In this document: positions 1-10,508 of the stretch, in pieces
Numbering within the stretch: the stretch's first letter is position 1
How the letters are laid out: each line of letters opens with the position of its first letter
Origin: Actinomycetota bacterium
GTDB lineage: Bacteria > Actinomycetota > Geothermincolia > Geothermincolales > RBG-13-55-18
NCBI GenBank assembly: GCA_016931915.1
Contig: JAFGDU010000097.1
Span: 934-64,933 of the forward strand
Length of the DNA: 64,000 nucleotides
Direction of reading: 5' to 3'
Notes under the pieces: generated by a model
Seen by the model: the letters and a program-made list of their open reading frames with translations, nothing else
The model's database searches: none
What the model was told of the DNA's origin: nothing
Position numbers and translations under genes: made by a program

Positions 1-381
1 GTGAGCATCTTCAAGGAGCAGATCGAGGTGCTCAAGGAGATGCTGCTCAAGGCCTCGCCCACGGAGGGGCAGCGCAAGGACATCGACTTCCTGCTCACCC
101 TGGGAGAGCTCTTCACCCTTGTAGCCTACGGCCAGCTCCTCCTGGAGAACCAGCCCATCTACGGGGTGGAGGACGATTTCATGGAGTCCATCTTCGACTT
201 CATGGTGCGGGACTTCTCCCGCTACGCCCTGCAGCTCTACTCCAAGACCTCGAGCACCCCGGAGCAGATGGACCTGTGCCTGAAGATGATCCGCAAGCCT
301 GTGATCGACGAGGCAAGGTTCGAGCGCGTGTGGGAAAAGTACGTCTTCGCGACCGTGGGCGCCTATACCATGAACGACTGA
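1..381 (+). CDS. Acyl-CoA dehydrogenase family protein, C-terminal part (5' truncated by window)
   Basis: Helical C-terminus 'DIDFLLTLGELFTLVAYGQL...IFDFMVRDFSRYAL' resembles long actinobacterial FadE-type ACAD C-termini; typical codon usage; stop at 379-381. Confidence 0.7.
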   Translation: MSIFKEQIEVLKEMLLKASPTEGQRKDIDFLLTLGELFTLVAYGQLLLENQPIYGVEDDFMESIFDFMVRDFSRYALQLYSKTSSTPEQMDLCLKMIRKPVIDEARFERVWEKYVFATVGAYTMND

Positions 382-387
382 GGCATC

Positions 388-436
388 GGGGTCAAGCCTC
401 GCCTGGTGCCTCAGGCCTCAAACGAGGCCTGGCCCC
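388..436. repeat. Short REP-like inverted repeat
   Basis: GGGGTCAAGCCTCG (388-401) pairs imperfectly with CGAGGCCTGGCCCC (423-436), just after the stop codon. Confidence 0.5.
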
Positions 437-445
437 TGGCCGCGG

Positions 446-542
446 TGTCATTGCGAGGCAGTGTAGCCGCCGTGGCAACCCCCCTCAGGACCGTACCCGG
501 TTTCCCTGCTAAGGGGATCGCTTCGCCCCGCTCGCGATGACA
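446..542. repeat. Palindromic intergenic element (GTCATTGCGAG...CTCGCAATGAC type)
   Basis: TGTCATTGCGAG (446-457) and CTCGCGATGACA (531-542) form a terminal inverted repeat; internal CGTGGCAACC / GGATCGCTTCG; the left arm resembles segments at 29436-29463 and 33339-33368. Confidence 0.7.
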
Positions 543-649
543 AGGGGAAGGGCTTGCACGCATGGGGCGAGAAATAACCATACAAGTGAAGCTGGTATCA
601 TACCCCCCGCTCGCATGCGGCTGGTGTCGCGAAAGAAGGAGAGTGTGCC

Positions 650-2107
650 ATGAATGGAAGGGCGGTTCATTACCTCTTGGTGGTGATCGCGGCAATTACT
701 CTCGCCACGTTGCTCCTGGCGGGATGCGGCGAGACCACGCAAGAGGAACAGGGGGAGATTGCAAGCCCGGATGAGGGCGATATAACCTCCTACGAAGGTG
801 GCTACCGCTACGACTACAACGGCTGGGTCTATCTCCATATCGAGGGCGAGCCCTACGAGAGGGGGTACCAGCACGGCTACCTCATGGCTCCGGAGCTGGC
901 GGAGATCATGGAAATGGTGGAGTACACCACCTTCCAGGACACGGGTAAAGAATGGGGATTCTTCGTCGAGCAGGCTGAGCGGATCTTCATGCCCAACGCC
1001 GAGGAGGAGTACATCGAGGAGATGAAGGGCATCGCCGACGGGGCCACCCAGGCCGGGACGGAGATGACCTGGCAGGAGGTGCTGGCCTGGAACGGCGACA
1101 TGGAGCTGACCGGCTACTGGTGGCCCAACGAGATGGCGGGCACTTACGGCGACCGGCCCGACAACGAGCACTGCAGCGCCTTCATCGCCACCGGTTCCTA
1201 TACCAGCGACGGCGGGATAGTCATGGCCCACAACTCCTGGGACGCCTACGTCATGGGCCAGTACTTCAACCTCATCCTGGATATCGAGCCCTCCGAGGGC
1301 AACCGCATGTTCATGCAGAGCGTTCCCGGCTACATCGACAGCATGACGGACTTCTTCGTCACCGGCGCTGGCATCATGGGAACCGAGACCACGCTGGGCG
1401 GCTACAGCGATTACGACCCCGACGAGGAGGCGGAGTTCTTCCGCGTGCGCAAGGCCATGCAGTACTCAGGCGACCTGGACGGGTTCGTGGTGCTGATGCA
1501 GAAGAAGAACAACGGGGGATATGCCAACAGCTGGCTGCTGGCGGACGTCGGCAGCGGCGAGATCATGCGTTTCGAGCAGGGCCTGGAGGATCAGGACGTG
1601 CAGAGGAGCAAGGACGGCTACTTCGTGGGCTGCAACACTCCCTTCGACCCGGAGCTGCGCAACCTGGAGTGCTCAGATACCGGCTACTTCGATATCAGGA
1701 CGCCCATGGGGGCGAGGCGGGTGCGCCTCACCCAGCTCATGGAGGATAACCGGGGGAGCATTGATATCGAGCTGGCCAAGGAGATCCTGGCGGATCATTA
1801 CGACGTATACCTGGACGAGGCCGACAACCCGTGCTCCCGCACCATCGAGGGCCACTACGAGCTGGACCCCTTCGAGTACTGGCAGGCCAGGATGCCATTC
1901 CAGCCCTCGGGCGCGGTGGACGGCAAGGTCATGGACGGCGAGCTGGCAAGGAGCATGAGTTTCTGGGCCCGTTTCGGCAACTCCAGCGGCATGCCCTTCG
2001 TGGCAGCGGAGTACCTGGAGAAACAGCCGCAGTTCGACTACCTGGAGGGATATCTGAAGGACCGGCCCACCCAGCCGTGGACGCTCTTCAGCGCGGAGAA
2101 CTTATAA
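650..2107 (+). CDS. Lipoprotein Ntn-hydrolase (peptidase C45 / phospholipase B-like)
   Basis: Lipobox LLAGC; 'LHIEGEPYERGYQHG'; autoprocessing nucleophile motif 'HCSAF' followed by 'MAHNSW'; RBS AAGGAG. Confidence 0.8.
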   Translation: MNGRAVHYLLVVIAAITLATLLLAGCGETTQEEQGEIASPDEGDITSYEGGYRYDYNGWVYLHIEGEPYERGYQHGYLMAPELAEIMEMVEYTTFQDTGKEWGFFVEQAERIFMPNAEEEYIEEMKGIADGATQAGTEMTWQEVLAWNGDMELTGYWWPNEMAGTYGDRPDNEHCSAFIATGSYTSDGGIVMAHNSWDAYVMGQYFNLILDIEPSEGNRMFMQSVPGYIDSMTDFFVTGAGIMGTETTLGGYSDYDPDEEAEFFRVRKAMQYSGDLDGFVVLMQKKNNGGYANSWLLADVGSGEIMRFEQGLEDQDVQRSKDGYFVGCNTPFDPELRNLECSDTGYFDIRTPMGARRVRLTQLMEDNRGSIDIELAKEILADHYDVYLDEADNPCSRTIEGHYELDPFEYWQARMPFQPSGAVDGKVMDGELARSMSFWARFGNSSGMPFVAAEYLEKQPQFDYLEGYLKDRPTQPWTLFSAENL

Positions 2108-2137
2108 CGGCGCGCGGTATTGCGATCTCTTCGCAGT

Positions 2138-2614
2138 CTATATCTTGGACTTTAATATACTGATGGCCGTGCCGTCTTCTTTGCCGCTCACTATTACCTG
2201 GATGCTCATGCCGTCCTTCTCCAGGTTCCACCAGGTCTGGTAGCTGCCGTCCGGCAGCTGCTGGAATTCCTTGGGCTCGCCCAGCTCGTTCTTATACCAG
2301 GAGACGACCGTCTCGAAATCGTCCTTGGTAGAGTAGTCGACGCCCACGTCCGTGACCTCTCCATCGGTCTCGGTCTTAGATGACTCGACCGTGGAAGGAT
2401 CGAGGTTATCGTTGTATACGGGAACCCCCATTTCATCCTCGGTCGGCAATACCGTCGATGTGGAATAGTCCTCCTTCTCCTCCTCCTCGAATTCATGCTC
2501 GGGGTAGTTGTACAGCTCGTGCTCGCCGTTACAGCCGCACCCGCCGCAGCCCGACATGAAACCCACGGTGAATATCACCGCTATGGTGAGCGCGAAAAGT
2601 ATTTTCTTTCTCAT
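2138..2614 (-). CDS. Hypothetical lipoprotein (GCGGCGC lipobox), paralog of 2678-3151
   Basis: Signal peptide plus SGC; shares LP-E-E-GVPVY and WYK--LGEP motifs with its neighbour. Confidence 0.75.
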   Translation of the reverse strand: MRKKILFALTIAVIFTVGFMSGCGGCGCNGEHELYNYPEHEFEEEEKEDYSTSTVLPTEDEMGVPVYNDNLDPSTVESSKTETDGEVTDVGVDYSTKDDFETVVSWYKNELGEPKEFQQLPDGSYQTWWNLEKDGMSIQVIVSGKEDGTAISILKSKI

Positions 2615-2677
2615 GCTTTCCCCCTTGCTTCTTCCTGAAGATACGAGGAGCTTTCAGACCAGCTTCCGACACTTCAG

Positions 2678-3151
2678 TTACATGGACCACCATATTTCTT
2701 CTCTATGGATATCTATGTCAGCGCCTTGGTCGGTGCAGGTCACGATGATGGTGATGTCCCATCCGTTCTTCTGCAGGTTCCAGATGGCCTTGTTGTGCCC
2801 ATTCGGGAGCTTGGTTATCCCTGCGGGTTCTCCCAGCTGTCCTTTGTACCACTCGTGCACGGTCTGAAAGCCGTCCGTCGTCTTGTATGAGAGGTCCGTG
2901 CTCTCTTCTTCGCTGTCGGGCTGGGAGGAGGACTTAACGATGGAGAGCTCGTCGACGTTCTGGTCGTATACGGGCACTCCGAGTTCCGCTTCAGAGGGCA
3001 GCTCCTTTGTAAACGGCTCCTCGGATTTCTGGTCTTCGCCCGTGAACACCGCTATATCGTCCTCGCTGCATCCGCACCCCCCGCATCCCGAGAGGCAACC
3101 GACGGTCATGATAACAGCGATGACGAACAGGCAGAACAGCTTCCTCCTCAT
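2678..3151 (-). CDS. Hypothetical lipoprotein (GCGGCGC lipobox), paralog of 2138-2614
   Basis: Signal peptide plus LSGC; RBS AAAGGAG upstream; motif sharing with 2138-2614. Confidence 0.75.
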   Translation of the reverse strand: MRRKLFCLFVIAVIMTVGCLSGCGGCGCSEDDIAVFTGEDQKSEEPFTKELPSEAELGVPVYDQNVDELSIVKSSSQPDSEEESTDLSYKTTDGFQTVHEWYKGQLGEPAGITKLPNGHNKAIWNLQKNGWDITIIVTCTDQGADIDIHREEIWWSM

Positions 3152-3246
3152 GAGTCTCTCCTTTGCTCCTGTGTTCGTATGCCTAGTTTTTCATCGGTCG
3201 CGTGCCTCGAGGCCTTAACGGTACTTCGAGCGCACGAAAAGGACTC

Positions 3247-3284
3247 TTGACGTAACTTACGTTATCTGATAACGTAAGTTACGT
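3247..3284 (+). promoter_or_regulatory. Promoter overlapped by a perfect 17-bp inverted repeat (probable PadR operator)
   Basis: TTGACG (3247-3252), 17 nt, TAACGT (3270-3275); ACGTAACTTACGTTATC-T-GATAACGTAAGTTACGT at 3250-3284, ending just before the ATG at 3286. Confidence 0.8.
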
Positions 3285-3285
3285 T

Positions 3286-3753
3286 ATGGGACGTATATTC
3301 AGACGGGGAGAACTTAAAGAGGTGCTCGTGATCATCCTTGCGAGCCTGGGTGAGGCGCACGGCTATGCCATCATGACCGAGCTGAAGGAGCGCATAGGGG
3401 GGGGATGGAAGCCGAGCCCGGGTGCCATCTACCCCGCGCTGCTGGCGCTGGTGGAGATGGGCTATGTCCAGACGACGGAAAAAGACGGCACGCGCATGTA
3501 TTCACTAACTGAAGCAGGCCGGCGCGCTGCGAAGAAAAGCAGCTCGGCTGGCCGCTGGGCGTCCCTGAGCGCTCGCTCCGAGAGGGACGAGGGGCGCATA
3601 ACCATCGGAGCGCTGCTCGACCGTTTCGCGGCGCAATCGAAATTGCGGCGGCGGCTAGCGGGGCCCGAGCAGGAGCAGCAGATCGAGAAGATACTCGTGC
3701 GCGCGAGCGGCGAGATCGAGCAGGTGTTAAAGAAAGGAGATAACGATGGATGA
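3286..3753 (+). CDS. PadR family transcriptional regulator
   Basis: 'HGYAIMTELKER..GGWKPSPGAIYPALL.L...GYV...RMYSLTEAGR' is a canonical PadR winged helix. Confidence 0.92.
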   Translation: MGRIFRRGELKEVLVIILASLGEAHGYAIMTELKERIGGGWKPSPGAIYPALLALVEMGYVQTTEKDGTRMYSLTEAGRRAAKKSSSAGRWASLSARSERDEGRITIGALLDRFAAQSKLRRRLAGPEQEQQIEKILVRASGEIEQVLKKGDNDG

Positions 3754-4021
3754 GTTCGGCGAGCTGTCGCTGAGGGAGCGGGAAGCCAGGCGCATCGCCC
3801 GGCGCCAGTGGTTCTGGCTGCATTTCGCGGTCTACGCGGTAACACAGGTTTTTCTGTTCGTTATCTGGCTGCTCAGCTCGGCCTCTTACCCCTGGTTCAT
3901 ATTCCCGCTCTTCGGGTGGGGGATCCTGGTCGCGGCCCATGCGGTATACGCTTTCGTGGTGCGCGATCCGGAGGAGATCATGGTCGAGCGTGCGGCACGG
4001 CAGGCGGGAAAGCGGCAATGA
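3746..4021 (+). CDS. 2TM domain small membrane protein
   Basis: 'FWLHFAVY...LFVIWLL...YPWFIFPLFGWGILVAAHA' matches the 2TM family pattern; RBS AAAGGAG. Confidence 0.85.
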   Translation: MDEFGELSLREREARRIARRQWFWLHFAVYAVTQVFLFVIWLLSSASYPWFIFPLFGWGILVAAHAVYAFVVRDPEEIMVERAARQAGKRQ

Positions 4022-4836
4022 GCTGGTTGCTGGGCCCGTACGCCGAGATGAGGACCTACCGCGTCCTCGCGTACCTGCTGCTCGGCCTGCCCCTCGGGAT
4101 CCTCGACTTCACCATCGTGGTCACCGGGCTCTCACTCGGTCTCGGCCTGATCATAACGCTGGTCGGTATCCCCGTGCTCGTCGCTACCCTGCTCGTCGTA
4201 AGAAGCCTAGCGGCAATGGAGAGAGGGCTTGCCGTTTCGCTGCTGGATGCGCCCATGCCGCGCCGCGTGCCGGGGCGTGAGCGGGAGAGCGGGTTCTTCT
4301 GGGCGCGCCTGCGCGACCTCGTCTTCGGCAGACACACCTGGGAGGAGATGGGCTTTCTGCTCCTGCGCCTGCCCCTCGGGATCCTCGACTTCACCGTTGC
4401 CGTGACCATCGTAGCGCTCGCACTCTGCGGCATCGCCATGCCGATAATCGTGGCGGCCGGCGTACCGGCATCGGTAGGTTCGTGGGAGATAGACACGTTC
4501 GTGGAGTCCCTCGCCTACCTGCCGGTCAGCGCCCTCTTCCTGCTCGTAGGCCCCCGGCTTATCCTCGCCTGGGGTGAGCTGTCGCGGTGGCTCGCGACCG
4601 CTCTACTCGGCCGCATCGAGCCCCGGGAATCGAAGCGTGCGGTCGTCGACGTACTCGCCAGCATAGGAGAGGCCGACGGGTTCCGCATCCTGGACGAGCT
4701 CGAGCTGCGCATCGGTCGCGGACCTTTTCTGACTCCGACCCGCCTCGAGGCGACCCTGCTGGCGCTCGAGTCGGCGGGACAGGTCAGCGCCCGCCACGAA
4801 GGCGGCCGGACTTTTTATACACTGGCCCAGAGCTGA
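4018..4836 (+). CDS. Membrane putative-sensor domain protein with C-terminal PadR-like winged helix
   Basis: ATGA overlap with the 2TM stop; 'YLLLGLPLGI...LVGIPVL...AAMERGLA..LL' and 'TW..MGFLLLRLPLGI' fit the actinobacterial Sensor (PF13796-like) domain; the C-terminus aligns to the upstream PadR. Confidence 0.8.
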   Translation: MSWLLGPYAEMRTYRVLAYLLLGLPLGILDFTIVVTGLSLGLGLIITLVGIPVLVATLLVVRSLAAMERGLAVSLLDAPMPRRVPGRERESGFFWARLRDLVFGRHTWEEMGFLLLRLPLGILDFTVAVTIVALALCGIAMPIIVAAGVPASVGSWEIDTFVESLAYLPVSALFLLVGPRLILAWGELSRWLATALLGRIEPRESKRAVVDVLASIGEADGFRILDELELRIGRGPFLTPTRLEATLLALESAGQVSARHEGGRTFYTLAQS

Positions 4837-5114
4837 AAAACATGGTTTTTTGCGAGAAGGATGGAAAAAGAAATGCTAAGAAAGGCCGGGTCAGACCAGG
4901 AGATCGAGACTGGATGCGGGAATGAGCCACAGCTGCCTCTGCCTCATGGAGAGGAGCAGAATAAAGAAAGCGTGCCGAATGAACGATGATAAGGTAGTCG
5001 TCGATTCCCTCGTGGGAGTCGGGACGAAGGAAAGTTGGATCATTGGCGTCCGGGGTGGGAGCGCGTATAATCACACCTTGTATGCTGAAAAACGGAAGAA
5101 AGAAGAGTGATCAA

Positions 5115-6494
5115 TTGAAGCTGCATCTTGTTGCCCCGACCAAGCAGGGCGAGTCGTATCTGTTCAATAAAGGGCTCCTGGCTCCCCTCGGCCTCATGTA
5201 CCTGGCGGCTTATACCCCGCCGGAGGTCGAGGTGAAGTTGATCGACGAGAACGTCGAACGCGTCGATTTCTCCGATGTCCCCGACCTGGTGGGCATCACC
5301 ACCATGACCGCTACCGCACCACGGGCATACCAGATCGCCGGCCGCTACCGCTCCCAGGGGGCCAAGGTTGTGTTGGGCGGCGTACATGCCTCCATGATGC
5401 CCGAGGAGGCGCTGCGCTATGCCGATAGCGTGGTGATAGGGGAGGCGGAGAGCATCTGGCCGCAGGTCCTCTCCGACTTCGAAGCAGGACGGCTCGAGCC
5501 CATTTACCGCCAGGAGGACTTTATTGATTTCAGGCGCCCCATCCAGCCCCGCCGCGATATCATCGACCCCAAGCGCTACTGGAGCGCTAACGGCGTGCAG
5601 ACCGCGCGCGGCTGCCCCCACGGCTGCAACTTCTGCTCGGTGACCGCCTTCAACGGGCGCCGGGTACGTATGCGCGACGTGGACAACGTGCTGGCCGAGG
5701 TGGAGTCCCTGCCCCGCCACAACCGCATTCGCAACAAGGTAGTGGCTTTCGTCGACGACAACATTGCCGCACATCCCACCCGCGCCAAGGAGCTCTTCCG
5801 GGGGCTCATCCCCATGAACCTGAAGTGGGGTTCGCAGGCTTCCATCACTTTCGCCCGGGACGAGGAACTGGTGGCCCTTGCGGCCGAGAGCGGCTGCCAT
5901 TTTCTCTTCATCGGGCTGGAGACAATGAACCGCAAGGCCCTGGCCGAGATGGGAAAGAGCCAGAACAAGGTGGAGGAATACGCCGACTCCTTGCGGCTGC
6001 TGAGGAAGTATGACATCCACGTCATGGGCGCCTTCGTCTTCGGGTTCGATAGCGATGACGAGTCCTCGTTCACTGACACCCTGGAGTTCGCCACGGATAA
6101 CCAGATACAGGTGGGCCAGCTAGCCCACCTCGTCCCTTACCCGGGGACGCGCCTCTACAACGATTTGATGGCACAGGGCCGCGTGGAGCCGGAGTTCTGG
6201 TTCGAGCCTTCCTGGGATGCCAGGGTTGTGTACACGCCCAAGAACTTCACCGCGCAGGAACTCACCGATCTCACCCATAAGGTACAGAGTGATTTCTACT
6301 CCTACCGTTCCATCGCCAGGCGCATGTACCTGCACCGCCACTGGAGCTACTGGTTCGCATTCAACCTCCTCTACCGCCATTCCCTCACGGGCGGCCGTTC
6401 CCACGAGGTGGGGGACCACGCGGGAGGCGGGAACGGCAGAAAATGGTGGTTCTTCCGCCGTCCCGAGAAGGCCTGGGCGACTAAGTCCGCTTAG
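5115..6494 (+). CDS. B12-binding domain radical SAM protein
   Basis: 'APLGLMYLAA', 'VLGGVHAS', 'TARGCPHGCNFC' (CX3CX2C); probable TTG start at 5115. Confidence 0.9.
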   Translation: MKLHLVAPTKQGESYLFNKGLLAPLGLMYLAAYTPPEVEVKLIDENVERVDFSDVPDLVGITTMTATAPRAYQIAGRYRSQGAKVVLGGVHASMMPEEALRYADSVVIGEAESIWPQVLSDFEAGRLEPIYRQEDFIDFRRPIQPRRDIIDPKRYWSANGVQTARGCPHGCNFCSVTAFNGRRVRMRDVDNVLAEVESLPRHNRIRNKVVAFVDDNIAAHPTRAKELFRGLIPMNLKWGSQASITFARDEELVALAAESGCHFLFIGLETMNRKALAEMGKSQNKVEEYADSLRLLRKYDIHVMGAFVFGFDSDDESSFTDTLEFATDNQIQVGQLAHLVPYPGTRLYNDLMAQGRVEPEFWFEPSWDARVVYTPKNFTAQELTDLTHKVQSDFYSYRSIARRMYLHRHWSYWFAFNLLYRHSLTGGRSHEVGDHAGGGNGRKWWFFRRPEKAWATKSA

Positions 6495-6554
6495 ACCGGA
6501 CCCCGATGCGGACAGCCGTGACTCCGAAGCACCCTTGTCATAATTGAGCCTGAC

Positions 6555-7715
<1,161 letters not shown>

Positions 7716-7915
7716 GGGTCAGCCCTCCATTTTCCACGTCGGGGGTCAGGCCTCCACGGTCCCGGTGACTCAAGTACGTTACAAGCCAATCCTTTTATCA
7801 TGTTGTCTATCTCCCGCATCGCCGTACGTATACTGCATCGGGCACAGACGGACTGCGATTATACGTGGATATGCACGAGGCGTAAAAATATATAAACATG
7901 TCACCGTCGCGCCCT

Positions 7916-8899
7916 TCACAGCTGATCCTCTTCCCATTCCGCCTGCGCTCTCTTCACGGCTGCGCGCAGCTCCGCCGCTTTCTCCTCGGGGACGGTGGTG
8001 TTGATGTGGGCCCATGCCCCGGTCTCGGAGGAGGCGCTGTACTTGAGCTTGTCGCGGCCGCGCATGGGTGGATAGAACTCGATGTGGAAATGGTAGTATG
8101 GGTAGTCCCCACCGTCCGTGGGGTCCTGGTGCATGCACATCATGTAGGGGAAGGTGAAGCCGAAGAGCAAGTCGTATCCTCCCGCGACGCTCTTCAATGC
8201 CCGGGCGAGGCCCCGCCTTTCCTCGCCGTTCATCTCCGTCAGGGACCCCAGGTGGCGATCGGGAGCGACGATGACATCGTAGCCGTACTGGGCGAATGGA
8301 GGCACGAAGGCGGTGAACCCATCGCCCGCGTAGACCATGCGCGCTCCCGCTTCACGCTCGTGCTCCAGCAGGTCGCATACCAGGCAGCTGCCCCTTTCCC
8401 GCCAGTGCAGCAGGGACGAGTCCAGCTCCGCCTTGATCCTCAAGGGGATGAAGGGGTAGGCGTAGATCTGACCGTGGGGATGGTGGATGGTGACTCCTAC
8501 AGCCTCTCCACGATTCTCGAAGATGAAAACGTATTCTATGCCGGGGATATCGCCCAGCACCCGGTAGCGTTCCTCCCAGTGCCCCACCAGCCGGGTGACA
8601 TGGTCAAGGGGCAGTTGCGGCAGGGTGATCTCGTGGTCGGGGGAGTACAGGGTAACCTCGCATTTGCCGAAACTGGGCCTCACCGGCAGGAGATCATCCT
8701 CCGCGATATCCGGCTCCGGGGGATCAAGGGTAAGGGATGGGAAGTCGTTGTCGTAGGCGAGGATGTCGTATTCATCGGGTACCATGCCCGAGCCGGGGCA
8801 GAAGGGGCAGCGTCCCTCGGGCAGGAGTGGCCTTTCCTGTCGGCGTGACGCCATCATGACCCAGGTACGGAGAAACGGATCCCATCGCAGTTCCATCAC
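7916..8899 (-). CDS. galT: Galactose-1-phosphate uridylyltransferase
   Basis: 'ELRWDP', 'CPFCPG', 'FENRG', catalytic 'HPHGQ'. Confidence 0.93.
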   Translation of the reverse strand: MMELRWDPFLRTWVMMASRRQERPLLPEGRCPFCPGSGMVPDEYDILAYDNDFPSLTLDPPEPDIAEDDLLPVRPSFGKCEVTLYSPDHEITLPQLPLDHVTRLVGHWEERYRVLGDIPGIEYVFIFENRGEAVGVTIHHPHGQIYAYPFIPLRIKAELDSSLLHWRERGSCLVCDLLEHEREAGARMVYAGDGFTAFVPPFAQYGYDVIVAPDRHLGSLTEMNGEERRGLARALKSVAGGYDLLFGFTFPYMMCMHQDPTDGGDYPYYHFHIEFYPPMRGRDKLKYSASSETGAWAHINTTVPEEKAAELRAAVKRAQAEWEEDQL

Positions 8900-8979
8900 G
8901 GCTCACCTTCCGAAAACCGGAATCGTGCCATCGTCACTGATTATAGAGGGGAGGGCGCATGCATGACCAACTCCCGGGG

Positions 8980-9672
8980 CTAAGCATCGAGCCGGATGGG
9001 AAGGCGCGTCTCGATGCTTATATTCCTGCCGCGCCAGGGAGCGAGATAGGCCAGGACCTCCACACCGGCAGCCGCGGCGCGCCGCAAGGTGGAGGCGAAG
9101 AGGGGGTCGGTGTCCTCCTTCGGCGCGAAGGCCTCGCCCCCCGGATGCTTGACCACCATCATCATGCAGGCGCGGTAACCCGCGGCCTTGGCCTTGATCA
9201 GCTCCTCCAGGTGGCGGGAGCCCCTGATGGTGGGGGCGTCGGGAAAGAGCGCCAGGCCTTCCACCACCAGCGTGCATCCCTTGACCTCCACCAGGCATGG
9301 CGGGCCTCCGCACTCCAGGAGGAAGTCGAGCCTGCTGGCTCCGAAGCGTGGTTCCGCTTGCATGGAGCACCCCGCAGGGAACCCCTCCAGGCGTCCCTTC
9401 CGCAGCGCCTCGGCGAAGAGCAGGTTGGGCAGGCGGGAGTCGATGTTCACCCAGCCCTGCGGGCACTTTACCCCGATCACGTCCCAGGCGGTGCGCCTGC
9501 CGTGAGCCGGTGCCGCCCGCAGCCGCACCCTGGCGCCGGGGAGGAGCAGTTCCTTAAGCCTGCCCGGGTCTGGTACGTGGGCTTGCTCGTTTTTTCCATC
9601 CAGCTCTACGACGGCCAGGAAGCGGTTTGGCCGCTCGAGGAAAACCGCCTCGCTGTATTCTCCGATATCCAT
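8980..9672 (-). CDS. sfsA: Sugar fermentation stimulation protein / SfsA nuclease
   Basis: 'RPNRF', 'HVPDPGRLKELL', 'SRLDF', 'VEVKGCTL', 'FPDAPT.RG.RHL'. Confidence 0.92.
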   Translation of the reverse strand: MDIGEYSEAVFLERPNRFLAVVELDGKNEQAHVPDPGRLKELLLPGARVRLRAAPAHGRRTAWDVIGVKCPQGWVNIDSRLPNLLFAEALRKGRLEGFPAGCSMQAEPRFGASRLDFLLECGGPPCLVEVKGCTLVVEGLALFPDAPTIRGSRHLEELIKAKAAGYRACMMMVVKHPGGEAFAPKEDTDPLFASTLRRAAAAGVEVLAYLAPWRGRNISIETRLPIRLDA

Positions 9673-9746
9673 GGATCAACTACCTCGGCGATCATGTCCC
9701 GTACCTTCTCCGCCCTGGTGCCGATGGGGATAATGGTTCAACGTTG

Positions 9747-10334
9747 TCAACCCGGCTCTCCCGGCAGGAGCGAGGCTCCCTCGAAATAGATGGTGAAATC
9801 ACCCCGGCAATGTCCGGTCTCGTGCATGATGCACTTCTCGATAACGGGTTCGATGGTGTAGGGAACCCCGAGGTTTTCCAGCCAGCACTGGATGCGGAAC
9901 ATGACGCCGCAGACGTATTCGTCTATGACCCCCAGTTGCTGCATCGCCTTGTATGCGAAGCATTCGCCGTCCTCCCATTCCCAGCGAAACACGTTGGGAG
10001 GATCGAAGGTGAAGCTCGCCCGCGAGTAGACCGATTCCGGGAGGATCATCTCCAGGGCGTCCTGCATGAAGGCCTGCACCCCTTCGAAGGTCCGCAGGTC
10101 CGCGTCCTCCGCATGCAGGACCTTCCTCGCCCGGGCCATCTCGATGGCGGCAAGCGATTTTATCGCCTCGTGGTTGATGCGGTTCGCCTTCTCCATGCCC
10201 GAGTCGAGATAGGTATGGTAGAACCACATGCCGTCGTGGGTAAGCCAGCCTTTGCCCAGGAAATCCTTGAGCTCATCCGGCGGTACGTCCGCAAGCCTTC
10301 TCATGATCACACCTGATCCCTCTATGCCTGACAT
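9747..10334 (-). CDS. DUF6125-like protein (V4R/ATC-hydrolase-like fold)
   Basis: 'WLTHDGMWF' motif and four spaced Cys in the C-terminal half. Confidence 0.65.
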   Translation of the reverse strand: MSGIEGSGVIMRRLADVPPDELKDFLGKGWLTHDGMWFYHTYLDSGMEKANRINHEAIKSLAAIEMARARKVLHAEDADLRTFEGVQAFMQDALEMILPESVYSRASFTFDPPNVFRWEWEDGECFAYKAMQQLGVIDEYVCGVMFRIQCWLENLGVPYTIEPVIEKCIMHETGHCRGDFTIYFEGASLLPGEPG

Positions 10335-10508
10335 CTTATTCTACCCTTCTCGCCGGGGGGTTGGTGTCCCGCGGGGCGAAACTGACCCACGGTCTGGGCA
10401 AACGCAAATACTACGATAAGAATGATAATATCTCAGTGACGCGAGAGGGTTGGGGATGCGGATGAGAGATGCCGGGTGAAATGCCCGGCAGGAAGAGGGG
10501 TAATGGCG

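Noticed and set aside
5115-6494. Radical SAM protein as the activase for the glycyl radical enzyme
   Set aside because: It has a B12-binding-domain architecture, not a GRE-activase one, and lies 50 kb away
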